A stretch of DNA of 64,000 nucleotides. It comes from an uncultured bacterium. Its GTDB lineage: Bacteria; Omnitrophota; Omnitrophia; Omnitrophales; Aquincolibacteriaceae. Position 1 is the stretch's first letter, and each line of letters starts with the position of its first letter. A program made the translations under genes and the position numbers. Where the stretch lies: the NCBI GenBank assembly GCA_964482725.1, contig CAYZYT010000005.1, positions 88,133-152,132 of the forward strand. The letters are read 5' to 3'. Under the pieces are notes generated by a model. That model was given only the letters and a program-made list of their open reading frames with translations, was not told the DNA's origin and did no database searches. Of the stretch, positions 10,201 through 25,200 are shown in pieces.

Positions 10201-13200
10201 ACGATCTTGGCGATCCGGCGCGCCTCAACAGGCACTCTTTTATCCGCGGACCCCATGACGATCATCGCGTGAAAGTCCATCTCCGAAAGTTCCGAATCAC
10301 TGGCGACCGGCGTCCATGTGCCCGTCGTCGCGCTGTACGCCGCCCGCAATGCAAGCCCCTTCACAAGAGCCAAACCTTTCTCATTCGCGGCCGCCCGCTC
10401 CGCCGGCGTAAAAGTCCGAACCTCGGACCGAGCAACATTTACTGCAAATGATCCCTGCCAACTTTTGTTTTCCGAGCCAGTGAATTTAATCTCAGCGCCC
10501 GAGCCATCCAGATTTGATCCGTCTTCTTGCGTGGACTCTTTCCATCCAATTTGAATCTCATTCCCTTCGGGGACAAACGTGAGAGTCGGTTTACGGTCTT
10601 CCGCAAGCAGTTGTTCGATCTGAAGAAGTTTTGAATCCGGAATATTAAGCCACGCTACACGGTAATAAGGACCGTCCGAGAGGAAAGTACCCGCGCCATT
10701 TAGCGACGTCGGCAATCCGGCAATTTGCTTATCCGCAAATTTCACAACTTCCGCTTCAATAAAGCGAGCGGCATTTGGAAAACGGGTGAGTTTCCCTCCA
10801 AAAGTCCTCAGCCAAGCCATTCCATGCTTGATCCCCCAGCTTACACCGTAGATCGATGCAATAATTCCAATATCCATCGCCATATTAGAGAAAAATTCGA
10901 GAGGACTCCGCTCCCAAACAACACGCATTTGGTGGAACATTTGAGTGAACCCATTCTCATTTGCAAGGCCAAGCAGCGGAAGCGGAACGAATGACCGGAA
11001 CCCAAGAATATTCCAGCTAGGCCGCGGTTCCTGATCGTTATCCTCCGAACTTGTACTCTGCTCGGCTTGACGTTCTCTCTCAAGCCGCTCCGATTCTTCA
11101 CGCTCGGCGAGCTCTTTTGCTTCACGCGTAAGCATTTCTTTATATGCACTCACCGCATCTGCGGATCGCGGGTCTCCGATCTTCTCTAGTGCTGTAACGA
11201 CAGAATCGCTGACGAAACGATCCTTCAAAGCCGCCATCAAGGAAGGCACAGCATCGGTATCCCGCAGATCGCCAAGTGCATCAGCCGCTGCGCGACGAAC
11301 ATCGGGATACTTACTATTGAGCTGTTTCCCAAGATCCGAAAAAGCATTGAGCCCACGAAGCGCATGAATCGCAGAATCGCGAACATGTTCAAATTCATCC
11401 GACAACATCCCAACAAAAACCAGGGTCATCGACTTCTCTTTCATGTTTCCCAACACCTGCACAGCGAGAGCGCGAACATAAAAATCCTTGTCATTAAGAG
11501 TCTTGAGCAAAGCCGGCGCGGCGGGACTTCCGATCATTTGCAAATGCTTTGCCGCATCCGATTGAAACTTCGCTTGATGTAAACGCCACAAATACCAGCT
11601 GATCGGACTCGAAATACGCCAGACCGAAAAAACGATTAAACGAACGACAAGAAACGCTAAGATAAAAACAAAGATGCCTGTCACCCCGATGGTAAGCGTG
11701 GTCAATATCGGATGTGCAAGAAATTGATATCTGACCCAGTCCATCCCCCTCAAATCAAATTTACTCAAAGCTTCAAAAGCTTTATGTCTAACGTCTGGCC
11801 ATTGGTAGTCTGCTGCGACGGCCTGAAAGAGACCTGGGATAGCACGAGGATCTTTTAGCTCACCCAGAGCTTCAGCTGCATCATAAGAGACATCCAGATC
11901 ATTCGAATTATTCAAGGCGTCAATTAGTGCCGACACGACTCGCGGATCCTTCAATTGACCTAAGTCACCTAATGCTTCGAATGCAGCGAGACGCAAATTA
12001 TCATTCCGACTTCTTAAAGCAACGGTCAGGGCCGGAACGGCTCTCAAATCTTTCAGCTTACCAAGCGTGTTGGCGGCATAAACGCTAACGTCTGGGTTCG
12101 AATCCCCCAAAGCATCAATAAAGGCGTGCACATATTCCGGCGTTTTAAATGTCTCAAGAATTTTACGCGCAGTAACACGAACCCTAGTATGCCAATCATC
12201 TAAAGAATAGCCTCTTGAGAAAGGGATAAGTACCGGTACGACTCGCGGATCTTTCATTTTATCTAAAGCTTCTTCTACAGCGAGCCGCATATCAGTATCC
12301 CAAGTATTTAAGGCCTGGAACAGCGCCGGGACTGCTCTCAAATCTTTCAGCTCACCAAGCGTTCTGGCAGCATAAGAACTAACGGCCGGGTCCGAAGCCT
12401 CTAGATTTCTCATAGCCTCTTGAAACCTAGCCTCATTCTCTTTCGACAAAGCATTCAGGGGAGGAACTTGGGACGTCACCTGAACGATCGCGGAATTAGT
12501 TGCGGCAGGAACCATGTCCGACGCTTTAACGGAAACAGCCATCATTCCGACAACCGCCGCCAGCATCAATTTCTTCGCAACATTTCTTCTCAACTCCGAT
12601 CGAGCAGAAGGCTGACCTTCTTGCGAAGACTGGGCCGCAGGCCTCGGGGTAGCGTCGAATTCCTTTTGCAAAACCTCTATCTTGTCGACCACCGGCTTCC
12701 ACAACTTGGCGTCTCTTGCAACAAAAGGTTCCGACTTTTTTCCCAGTTTTTTTACCCCCGCGGCAAGCTTAACCAATTTTTCCAGGATCTCATTCTCCTC
12801 GTCCGTCGCCACGCCCTCCTGGGATCGCTTGCCCTTTGCCTTTTCCAAATCCTTAAGCAGTCGCGATTTTTCCCCCGCGATGTCATTCAACTGCGCCTCA
12901 GCCTTTTCTTTCGACTCTTTTTGCTCCTTCAGAAGCATGCCGGCTACTGCCATACGGACATCACTTGTATCTTCCTTGATCCTCAGGAGCTCATCGTTTG
13001 ACACGCCGGAAAGTTTTTTCCGCTGGACGAAATCCCACCCGAACACCCCGAGGAAGCCGAGAATGCGAACGGTATAGCTGGCGACCAGAAAAACAACCCA
13101 TATCATGATCCAAGCACTATTGCCTTGCAACCCAAGCTGAAAGAGCCCGGGAGCACCGTCCATGCCGCCAATACCGGAACCGGCCGTGATAAAGAAACTA

Positions 13201-16200
13201 TCCTTCATAAAGATCTGGTTGAACAATCCGAAGAAATGCTGCATCACATCCCAACGCCAGAAAGCAATGGTCGCAAGGATCGACGCAACGCCTCGGATCC
13301 TCATTAAAGCCGTTGCCACCTTCTGAGGAAAAACATAGCCGCTTTGATAATCCGAAAACGGTTTGATGAAGGTCGCGTACCAAAGAGGCATGGCGAGCAA
13401 TACATAAAAGAATGGTATCCAAACTGAAAACCACGGCAAACCAAAACCGACAGCAGCTAAAGTGGCTGCAACCAGAAGCATGCTAGTTCCGATCCGTCTA
13501 AACTCCCGCGCTTCATAGGGCGGTTTTCCTATCGAATCTTTCTGTGCACGCCATGATTCTTTATACAAAAACTTAAACCATTTCAATGAACTTGAGCGAT
13601 CCGATGCCATGAATTCCTTAATCGCTATCTTCAACGCATCTTCCACGGTTTTTTCCCCGCCAGGCAAAACGCGCGCCGCAGCAATATCGGCGGCAGCTTC
13701 TTTAATATGGTCGGCAGAAGTATTCCCGAGGAACCTTGCAAAATTTTCATTAAATCCCGGATTACTCTTATCATTTTTAACAAGCCAGGATTTTTCCAAA
13801 AACGTCTTCAGACGATGCTTGTATTCCTCTGAACGCAACCCCATTTTAAAAAGAAACGAGATGACAGGAACTACAAGCAATACCCCCGCAGCGAATGTAA
13901 TCCCAGTCGCTGCCCCCATACCAATACCCACCAGCATTGTGATCATGAAAAAACCGACCATAAAACCCCGGCGGGTCGTTGACGGATAAAAATATTTAGT
14001 CGGTGTTTCAGTCCGCATGATTATGTCAGCCGGCTGGGCACCCGGCGACTCCCCGAAACGGTGCAATCGGCCTATCGCTTCGCTGACTTCGGATTGATCC
14101 CAAATATCAAAAACGGAACTAAGGTAGATCGGCTCCCCTTTTTCATCCGTCCATTCAATAAAGTCTATGACCGGTCGAAACAATTTTGCCGCCCAAGCCC
14201 CGACCTTGCCCAATTTACTCTCGGGTCTTTTTTCCATGCCGGGCCCCTTCACACCCCAACTCTCGATCCAATTCAACAAGGCCCCCAGCAACGGCGTCGC
14301 AATCACCCCACCAAGGATAAAAAAGGTAAGCAACTGGGCCGCATAGACTGCCGTTACCCCATAAATGCCTGGGATAACTGCAGCTACCAGCATGAAGAAC
14401 AGGGTCGATCGCCACAAGGGGTTACTAAAAATACCACCCGTCGGCTTATCATTAAAAAACTTGGAGGGCTTAGTAAGGGCAAAGCTTCTGCCAAAAAATC
14501 TCAGATGCAGCGTCGGGATGTCATTGGAAAGCAACCACTTGGCGGACTTTTTAGCCGTCGACAAAAAGCTAGAGTCCCGGTCGTCACCGATAAGCCCCTT
14601 GCTGTCCGCACGAACCAGAAGCGCCGAATTGACACCCTGCATGGGAGCTTGGGTCGTCGCGAGTTCTTCGAAATACGCCAGAGGCAGGCTGTCCAATGCC
14701 ACAGGGTTCCAAGGCATCCGGTTCATCACGATCATCCGTGAACCGAGGACAAATGTCCGGTACAAAAACAGCGTGAAAGACCCGGCATTTCTTGCCTGCA
14801 TTTCCTTATATTTTCGGATCTTATCAATATTGGCATGCGCGTAACGAATGATCTCCCAGCTATCCGAAGGCGTTGCGGTAACGAGCTCGTCTTCACCATT
14901 ATATTTCCCGCCTAAACCGTTATCGGCATTCATAACGCCTTTAGTCGTCGTATCGGCAAGTTTCTCCTGGGTAAGCTCCTTCACCGCGGTTTCTGTCGGA
15001 AACTGCCTTTCCAATTCACGAAAAACAAACCCGGAAAGCAGAAGTATCCTTGTGTAGTAGGGATTCCAGACAAAACCCTTCATCTGCCTCGCCATCAGAC
15101 GGGCAATCTTCGTGGGAATGGTGTACTTTCCAAAAGCACGGTTGTAGTTGGAAAGCGCCGCCGCAAACAATTGGGTTCGGAAAAGCATCTTGTGAATCGC
15201 CCGTCCCTGGATCCAACCCATACTGGCCCCTTTAGATCGGTAGAAAGTGGCCCCCTGCAACACTCCCACATCCGGACGATCCGCTAGAGCACGAGTAAAA
15301 TACGGCACCGAACCCGAGAACGCGAAATTTCCACCGTCCACCGTGGTGCTGAAACGAACTTTGGGGATGGGGTCACCATTCTCGTCTTTTTCTTCCCGAG
15401 GGAGAAAATCTTTGATCGCATTTGTTTCTTTGGCCACCGAATAATCAAGAAATGGCGTTTCCGGCGTAGCAATCCCTCTGATGTAGGGGTTGCTGAGAAG
15501 GGGAAAATCAAGAAGAAGTGCGTCCGTTTCTATTTTCCCCTTGTTGACAGGATCACCCTTATAAGCCTCCAGGGCTGTTCTGGTTCCGATAAGAACTTGC
15601 CGCCCGAGATAATTTCCCTTCTTCCCAAGACGGTATTCAAAAACAGATCCCTTGGAAGTACCTGCAAGATCCCCCGAGTATTTGCCTGGCGTTCCGTCTT
15701 CACCGTAACCGGTAAATGCCCCCCACATGATAACGTTTCTTGCAGGCTTGCGATCTCCCGGAAAATAAGCAATGACAATACGTTCGTGCCCCTTGACCGT
15801 GCGAGCACCATCCTGATATTCCAGATAATCCCAAAAAGGCATAATTCTCTTATGAATTTCTTCCGATATTTTCTGTTCGTCAGCACCCCACCCGCGAGAA
15901 CCGGCCATAAGGACGACACGTGTTTGCTTAAAGTTGTTCCCGATCAATATTCTGGCAAGCGCCTCAACCACGTTATCAAGAACATCAGGATCCTTTTCCA
16001 TCAACCACGGGCAAACGAACGCGACCAGCTCGCCTTTATCAAATTTGACACTCAGCCCCTTCTTTTCAAGCTTCGCCATAAAATTCTTGTCCTTGTCGAG
16101 AACCTCATTCAGATCCATGGGTTCCCCTAGATTCTTACGAATCCTATCTTCGACCGTCACGACACTCTCCCCAGCAGCGGTAACATCTTTACGTTCACGT

Positions 16201-19200
16201 TTCGCTGCGCCAACCGCCTGAATGTCATCGATTATCGCGTCAACCTCCCCGTCAGACTTTTCCCATCCTTTGGGATCTACATCGTCGATGATCAGCCCGC
16301 TCTGTTTATCAACCAGGGGCGACATCAAGATGAGAAGCAGGATGGGAACAACGACAAAAACCAACGCGAAAGGATTCAAGCCGAACCAAATCTTTAGTCC
16401 TGCTAAAATCGCCGTCTTAAAAAACAAATCACTCACTAATACGCCTGCAACAGCTGTGCCCGCCAACAAGATAAACCCTTTCGGACGAGCCAGAAGCGTC
16501 GAGAAAAATGTTTCGCTCAAGCTGTTGTACAAACGCTTGAATACGAACATCGACGCTATGATCACGGAAGCGAACACCGCAACCGCCCAGGGTGATACCG
16601 ATGCCAGCGCCCACCCAATAATGGTGATATCCGTAAAAGCAAACAACATTTTGGCAAGATTGATTCTAAAATCGGCCAGCCGGCGGCTGAACAGCCACTG
16701 TTTTTGCGCACCCGTGAGCCCATCCTGCCTCAATTCGGAACGCACACCGGTGCTTGGCTCTGAAGTTCTAGCCGCAGAGGTTTCGCCCGCCACGGATGAA
16801 CTCGGAACGGATGGACCAGCATCAGGTGATGCGCTCTTTTTTGAAAATTTATACTTCTCAAAAAACACAGCTCTTATAGATCTAAAGACAAATGCGAGGA
16901 AAGCCGCAAGAAAAGCTATCGAGAAAATTCCGGCAAGAGGGGCTTGCAGATTTTCAAAATTAAAATAGCGAGAGAACCATACCTTCTCGGCCTTCACGAA
17001 AGGCTGGCTCTTGTCGTTCATGAAATCCATATTCAAGCGGCGCGTGATGGCGGCAAACTTGTCATTCACCAGCTGATCCTGCGCCAAATACTCCGTCGAA
17101 GGTATCTCTTTGGAAAACAGCAACTCGAAAAGACCGATACGCTTTGACGGATCCGAGTTCTGAAGATCCTCAAGAAGTGCAATTCTCAGAGGTGACTCCA
17201 CTTTAGGGCTTGGCAGATCGGAGGGTCGGATCTTCTGCTCCCGACTCGCCTCGTAGGACACATCCAAAAGCAACTGGTATTTATCATTCACTCGCTGCAT
17301 AAAATTGTAGAGATCAAGCGGCGAGATGGCATTCGCAATTAAAAGGGTTTGGAGCCTGGCCTTCAACTCTTGGCGCGCGGTATCTTTAGTCTTAGCGTCA
17401 GGCCATTTTTCATCCATCAACGCCTCAAGGCTAAGCTTTTTCTTGTCACGATTAATGATCCTGTCCACCCACATGCGCTGAGGGTCTGCGTAGCCGTCGC
17501 GGCTGTATTCCTTAACAAGTGAAGCCGTCTCCTTTCTCAGCAACTCGATTTTCTTTTGATTCTCAGCAGAAACAGGCGCCGTTTCTAAACGATTAAGCTC
17601 CTGAAGCATTTTTTGGACACCCTGCGGCAGCCTGTTGTAGGGGCTTAGGACATTCTTTGTTCCGAAGAAGGAATCGAGGGTTCCCTGCATAAGACCTTCG
17701 ACCGTCTCGGCATCCCAAACCAGCCGATCAGGCTGCTCTGCGAGGCCCAGCTTCAACATGCCGTCCGCTTCATAGAGAATTCGCTTCACATCCGGGTTAT
17801 TGATCCCAGCCGTGATCGCGTTCGCACGCAGTGTTTTGGCGAGAGCCAGCCAATCGGTCAGATATTTTTCGGGGATATCACGGTTCGCGCTGTCTTCGGC
17901 AATGCGCTGAACTTCGTCGTTGAACTGTTTGGCACTGTATTTCATTAAGTCTTTGAATTCGAGGAAACGACCTGCCGGGCCCTTGAGCAACAATTCACGG
18001 GACTGCACTTTCTTAAAAAACGTTGCCCGCTCCCGGATATTCATGAGAAGCGCGGCCGGGTCGTCCTTCGCGGAAATGGCCGCCGCCTGCTCAAGGATCT
18101 CGCGCGCCCGGTGCTGAATGCGAGCACGCGTTTCTTTATTGCTGACCTTTCCGATCCTGTCGGTAAGTTGCCCGTCCGAATCCTTTGCGCCCATCATTTT
18201 GCAAACCAGGGGCAGGACAACACCGTTAAAAAAAACGGTTTCTTCGGCGGAATCCCCCGTCCGGAGCATTTCGCCCACGAGTCCGATCTTTTCTTCGCCA
18301 TCAACCTGGATCGTGGCGATCCGGCTTACCTTGTCTTCCGGTTTCATACCGGGCTTCGCATTCGCAGCGTCGATCTCCTTGTTGGCAGCGTCGATCACCG
18401 GATTCAGGCTTTCGATAACGGTATCAAGGCCCTGGTATTTACCATTACCTGTCAGAAGAAAATCATGCAGCTCCTGATAAGGATCGGCATTCTTGGCATT
18501 GAGATCTTTAGATGTCGCAACCCCGGTGAGAAAGAATTCAAGGACCTTTTCATAGGAGCTTCTCTGGAACTCGCCCTGGATGCGTTCGAGATTCGCCTGC
18601 CGGGCCGCTTCCCGCTCGCGCCGCTTTTGGCTGATCATATATTCCGAATACTTTGAATATTCCGACTTGTCATCGTGGCGCTTGCCCGCGCTTTCCAGGG
18701 CCTGACGCTCTTTTTGCTCTGCATAATGCCCGATAAACCAGCCGGCAAAATCATTAAGGAATTTCTCCTCGTCGATCTTCGAATAGTCAGCAAACTTCGC
18801 AAGATCGCTCGTTCGGCCGAACACCGCACGCCCCAGAGATTCCTTGGCTTCTTTCATCGAGATCATCAGTTCATAAATCACCGCCTCGGCCTGCGCCGGG
18901 TTATATTCAAGAACTTCCCGCTCATCTAACGTCTTCGTTTTTCGGGCTTTGATCTCCGCCATCATCTTAACGCCCCAGTCCATGCCAAGCACTCGGCCGG
19001 ACTCTGCTTTACTCTGACTGGGGGGGATATCCATACCGAATACCTGGCGATAGAGAAACCGGTAAGCCCTCATAGGCTCGTATGTTCCTGCCGGCCGCGT
19101 ATCAATATCCTGAAAAAGTTCCGTTGCATAACGCCTTTTAATCCGAGAAATCTCATATTCTGAAATCTGCAACCTGCCGTTGCGCGCCCCACGAACAAGC

Positions 19201-22200
19201 CCAGGCAAAGCTTCAGGAGCTGAAAAATTCCCATAAGCGCTGTACAAGGCCGCATCCACGATCGCCGCATCCGAAAGCCAATCGTAAATACGCGCCATCA
19301 TCGCCCCCTCTTTTTCGGGAAAATTCCTGTGTCCCCACACCTGCATTTCCAATTCACGGGAAACGGCACCAAATATCTTCTCACTCGCCCACGCGGAATG
19401 ATGCGCCCTGACCCAAGCGATCATCGCATCGTTAGCTTTCGCAGCTTCTTCTTCGGTGAGCTTTCCAGTCTTGACCAGCTTTTCCGGGTTATTTTTGTCT
19501 ACCACGAAACCGAATTCCCGAAGCCGTTTGGCGATCTCCTTAGGGAAATTAACGGCAATGTCCGAATTTCCGGCGGCCACAAAAGCCTTCAGCACATTGA
19601 TCTCATCTTCGATCGGCTTGATTAGGGATTCCTTCTGTTCCTTAGTCAAATCCGTCTTTGCATCAATGTCCGCTTTCCGTTTCTCATCCGCCGCCAGTGT
19701 CTTCGTTGCCTCCAATCTGGCTGTTGCGTCATAAGGGTTCATCGTCAGGTAGCGTCCTTCGACGGCCGCGGCTAAAAGGCCTCTTCCCGCGAGCAGCCGG
19801 GCATAGAATTCAAGGGCCTCGCCGGTCAGTTTCATCTGCGGATAGATCGCCTCACGGAACATGACGTTACGCGAATACGCCGACAATTCCCCGCGGACAA
19901 GGCTCTCTTCCCCGGATTGGCCGACAACGGGATAAAGCGAGTTCACGGCCTGCAGATACATTTCACTTTCAACGCGGCGAAGGATCGCCTCCTTCGTTTC
20001 GGCAGCATCCTTCTCACCCAGCTTCGCGAGGCCCCAATTGACCTGCTCCGAGATCCACGCCTTGGCTTCATTCGGACTGTAGGGTTCATTCATGAGGGCG
20101 CGCTTGCCGTCTTTATCTTTCGTGATCCTCTGCAGTATCCGGAGCCGCTCGCCTTCCGACATCCAGAAAGGCCGGGGAGCTTTCGGATCGGAGTATCCTT
20201 CAAGACGGTTTTTCAGGCTTAAGCCGGCCATTTCTTTCGCGTCCAGGACCGTGCTGACCCACTGGTAATAAGCTTTGCAAAATTCCTTGTGGTCCCACGT
20301 TTTTCCCTGCATGAGTTTCTGGATATTCACGTCTTCCGCATCCAGCTGCTCACGCGTCGCTTTCACCTGAGGAGACAAACCTTCTTGCCGGCTGGCGTTA
20401 TAGATGACGACGCGGCGACCGATGACGGCCTCGGCTTCTCTGAGGATCTCCGCCGGATCACGGACCACGTTTTTGGAAACTTCTTTCCCGGACTTTGCGG
20501 CTCTGTCTTCCTCGATCTTCCAGGCCAGATCCCGGGCCACGGCCATGATATCGCCGGGCTTGGAGCGGTCGCTCTTTGCGGCGTATTCTCCCGTATCCTT
20601 ATCGGTATCCGTAAGATACTTTTCGATCATGGGCGCCCCCAGATCGGGATCAGCGAGAACATAAAAGAGCGTCCAGGCCTTGCTTTCGTCCTTGATCGAG
20701 CCGTCATTATTTAAAATGTCTCTGAAACCGGTATCCTCCCCCGTCAGTCCGCCCGAGCGCAACTTCCGGCCGATCGCCATCATGAAACCGAACTTATCGC
20801 CGGTGTCGTCATCGCCCAGATTGAACCTTTCGTTATTGCCCGGCCAATTTTTCTTCGCGGTCAGGTCCCGCAATCCGCGGCTGAGATTGAAAACCACCCC
20901 GAGCGTTTCCTTCATTTCTTTCAGGCGCACGTTCAATTTCTTGTCGGTCCAGAGATTCCGGTCGGTGATGCGCTCGTACCCGACGCCATAAAGCAGCTCA
21001 TTCAAAAGGCCCATCGCGCGGCCGAGTTCTTGCCCTTCCTTGGCATCCACCATGGAAGTTTCGATAAGATCGTAAGAATCCATTTTATCCCTGAGACTCA
21101 TGGCGCTGCCTTTTTGACGCAGGTGCGTCAGGGATTGGCGCGCGGCAAAAGCCCCGGGAGAATTCACGAACGTATCTTCGGAAAGCTCCTGCATTTTTTT
21201 CTTTTCGAGCTGTTGCTTTGCTTTCAGGTCCAAGGGGTTCCCCCGGGCATCCTTCATTTCCACGCCTGAGGCGATCTGCCGGAGCGTCGTGAGAGCGTCA
21301 AATCCTTCGTTGGGGACTGGAATATTATTGGGATCCGCCATCAGGGTCTTCATGTCCCCGATCGCGTAGGCGATCGTGGCCCAATGCTCCTTGGGGATGC
21401 CCGACTGACGGAGGGCCGCTCGCACCGCAAGCGTTCGGGCCTGTTCTACCGTTTGATCCTGATCGATATGCTTGACCGCGACGGTACCGATGGAATCATG
21501 GATCAGAGCATAATGGCGTTGCTTGTCCTTCGCGCTCATCGTCTCCGAACCCTCGGCGAGCAATTCCCGCATGGGTTTCCCTTGAGCCACCGCCGTTGCC
21601 GCGTTCAACAAAGGATGCTGGGCGAGACGCTTGAGCAAGTCACGCTCCTGTTCTTTCGTCAGGATCATGGGCTCTTCTTCTTTTGTGAGGGTCTCTCCGC
21701 TTTCCTTTTTCAGCTGCGCTTCCACACTCTTCTGTAATTGTTCAAGCTCCGGAGGCGTGTAGGTCCCGTCCACGATCGCCCGGAAATCCCACGACTCTTT
21801 CTCGCCGTAGCTGCTCTCGTCGGAATTCACACGACGGTCCTGAACGGCGCGCCAGCGCTTGTTCAGGGAATAATTCGGGAAATTTTCATTGAGGATGTCT
21901 TTGTAAGGCCGGGTTACGGTATGGCCCTTATGGGTTTCGGTGACCTTTTGATCAAAGATCGCTTTACCTTTATTGAGGTCGATCACCTCGGGACGGAGCT
22001 TGGCATCGTAGGCAAGGCCCCAGATCATGCCGAATTCGGCGGGGGCGTTAATATCGAGCTGGATCCCAAGCTTCAATTTTGCTTGAGTGCCTTTATCCAT
22101 ATCCTCGGGGAACGCCGTATCGGGAAGAGCGCGGTAATATTCCTGCAAAAGGTCGCGGGACTTGACCAGGGATCCCAAAAGCTCGAGGAACCACTTTCTG

Positions 22201-25200
22201 GCGGCCTCGGGTGTCGCTTCGATCTTGGCTTTCTCAAGGAAATCCGGGCTCTTCAATGCCCAGTCCACATGCCGCGCAACCACGAAATCCAGAAAACCGA
22301 GATATCGCAAACTGATGCCTGCTTTTTTCAGAGCATCGCCGGTCGCGGGATCGGACAAAAAGGACGCCGAGATATCCTGCTCCCAGAACGACTGAAGCGT
22401 CTGGTTCTGGATCTTTTTGATCTCCTTCGGATAAATAGCTTCCAACAATCTTCGGTTCAGCCGTTCCGTTTCCCGGGGGGTCAAGGCGGCTTTGGGATCC
22501 AGAGCCTTGGCCAGCAACACCGTGGCCTCACTATCGAGACGGCCCAGGATCTCGGGATTTCCCTGAATGCTTTTGTAGTCGCCGGCCCGCATCCGGCCCG
22601 CGAGGATCAGATTCAGCGCGTCCGCCCATACTTCCGGGGTGACCGCTTCGCCCTTCTGGAGACGGACCCTCAAGGCATCCAGTTTTCCCTGGTCCCAACC
22701 GTCGGCCAGTCCGTTCCCCTTGAGGGAATTGGCATTCAAAGCCCCGATCAGATCACTCGCCAAGAAGATAAACGAACCTTGATTACTCAGCAACTGATCC
22801 AGCACGTGGTTATCTCGGTCATCCTCCGCGGCCTTGGCAAGCGGATCGAGATACCGTTCGAGGATACCGTCCGTTTTGAGTGTCAGGACGAGATTATGCG
22901 CATCTGCATTTGCCCCGAGGATCTTGGCCAAAAGAGTATCCAGCGACTGGGCTGCACCCATCGCCTTTATGTCCGTGTAGACCTTCAGCATGGAGGCTTC
23001 CGCTTCTTTGTATTTAGTTTTCGCGGCGTTATGGCTCTTCTCAAACGGCTCGAGCGCTTTCGTTGCCGCGTTCAGTTTTTTTCCAACATTTTCGCGGGTT
23101 TCCTTTGCCGTGCTCAGTAGGCTGCTTTGAATGGAAGGAGCCGCTTCCGCCGTAGGCGTCAGGCGGTCATATTCCCGCTGGAGGGCGTCGACGATTTTTT
23201 TCTGGGCCAGAAAGGCCGCGTAAGCGCTGCCGCGCACGGTCGCAGCCTCTTTCAACGCCGTTTCGACCTCTTTGACGCGGTTCGCCACCAATTCTTTTTC
23301 TTTTGCGGCATCTTTGACATCGCCCAGCCCAAAGGCCTTGCGGGCCTCCTCCGCTTTTTTTACGGCGGGCACATCCATCGCTTTCATAAGTTCAAGGGCC
23401 TTAGGTTCAAACTCCGGACGTTGATCGGCTTCGCTGATCAGCTTTCTCGTGGGACCTGTCTGGTCGAGATTGATCTCTTTTCCATAAGCCGTGAGCAGTT
23501 CGTCAGCCTTCGCGGGCTTTTCAGCCTTCTGCTGCGCCTCAGTACGGGCCTTCACGGTCTCCCAAGATGCCGCGCGGGAAGCCTCAACGGCGACCCCGAG
23601 AACCGTCGGATCGATCTGGCCTCTCAAAAGGAACAGGCTGAAGTTGGTCCAGTTCCAGGTGTGGGCTTCGCCGACATCGTGGTAGGCCTGGTACGCTGCC
23701 ACTAATTTTCTTTCATAATCAAGCCCGGCGTCCCCGCCGACACGGCCAAGCGACGTGCTCTTCTGATTCTCTTCCCAGCCGTCGAGAAGGATCTGCAAGT
23801 TCTCCCGCGCAAGTTCCATCTGTTTCGCGGTACTTTCCAGACTGATGAGGTTCCGTTCCATCTCAAAGAAAATGGCTTTTCCGCTTTCCTCGATCTGATC
23901 CGCTTTCTTTTCCTGCTGGTATTCATTCATCCGGAGACGTAAAAAATAATCGCCCCCCATGAGCCGCAGGTTATAGCCGATTTTTGCGCGGAAAGCATCC
24001 GAGTCGTAGCCCAGCCTCGCCCACACGCTCGAAAACTGAGAGCTGTGAATTCCGCTGCGCAGGCTCTGAAGGGCCGCGAGTTCCTTGCGAAGGGCGCCGG
24101 TCATAGGATCGCCTTTACCGGAGATCCCCAAATCGCTCTTGAGACCTGCGACGCCTTCCGGGGTGGTGAGTTTCTTGGAAAATTCATCGATATTCATGAA
24201 TTGGGGATGCTCGGCCTGAAACGGGGTCCCGACCGAAGGCCGTCTTTCAAGCACCATGCCGGCGCTGTCAAAAAGCTCGCGCCTCTTTTCGTTCAGGAAG
24301 TTCCGCGCTTCCATAAAGGAAAGAGCGGCGGAATGCGCATCCCCGCGGGCGGCGTTCTTTTCTCCGGAGGAAGCAAAAAGGATATCTTCTCTGCCGCGAA
24401 TGCCATAAAGGATCGAATAGACCATTTCGCGCTGTTTGGGCTCAAGGCCTTCTATACGGGAAAGCTGGGCCTGATACTTATGATCGGCTTCGGCGATGGC
24501 CTTGATCTGTGCCTGGGTCACCGCGGTCACTTTCAGGTCCGCCGCCTGGGCCCTTAACTGATACGCCCTTCCTTGAAAATTAAAAATAGCGCCGCCGAGA
24601 TCGACCGTCGTCGTGAACGCGCGCTCCGAGGGTGTCCCCTTCACGGTTTCACTTTCGAGCCATTTGCCGTTCTCGTCCAATGCGCCGCGATTTCCGTTCG
24701 CATCGTAAAATCCGATCACGGTTTTGTTATCCAAAGGAATAGCAAGCGGTGAGCTCATGGGATCTTCAAGGCCGGATGAGGATACCGAGGTTTCCAGCCG
24801 GCCGTTATACTGGGCCGCAAAGGTCGCAAGCTGCGCCTCGAGTTCGGCGATCTTGACCGCCGCGGTCGACGCCGCCATGGCCTCAACGGAGATTACGGGT
24901 TTTTTAGACACTTGGTCACCGGCGGCCGTGATCTTTTGCCAATCAAGGACTTTGCCGGTGTAAGGCCCCTGGCCTGTTTCATGTTCGGCCGTCACAACAT
25001 CGGCGGTCGGCACCATGACTTGGGCGATGGCCTCCGAATAGATCGCGTGATTGCCAAGCCGGGAAATGGCGTCCCGGATCTGGCCGTTAACGTGCTCCAT
25101 CTTTTCCTGCAACTTGAGCAATTCCCCGAGTTCGCGTTCGGACCGCGTGGTGTCGTTATCATCCGCGCTCGAATTGACGAGACTGATCTCGCTGCCGGCG

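Noticed and set aside
2531-19270. Small minus-strand ORFs listed in the track inside the giant region (for example 3155..3403, 4895..5146, 5684..6133, 15530..15919, 19070..19270)
   Set aside because: Each is offset by one nucleotide from the protein-like frame and is Arg-rich. They are out-of-frame artefacts inside the real coding frame.
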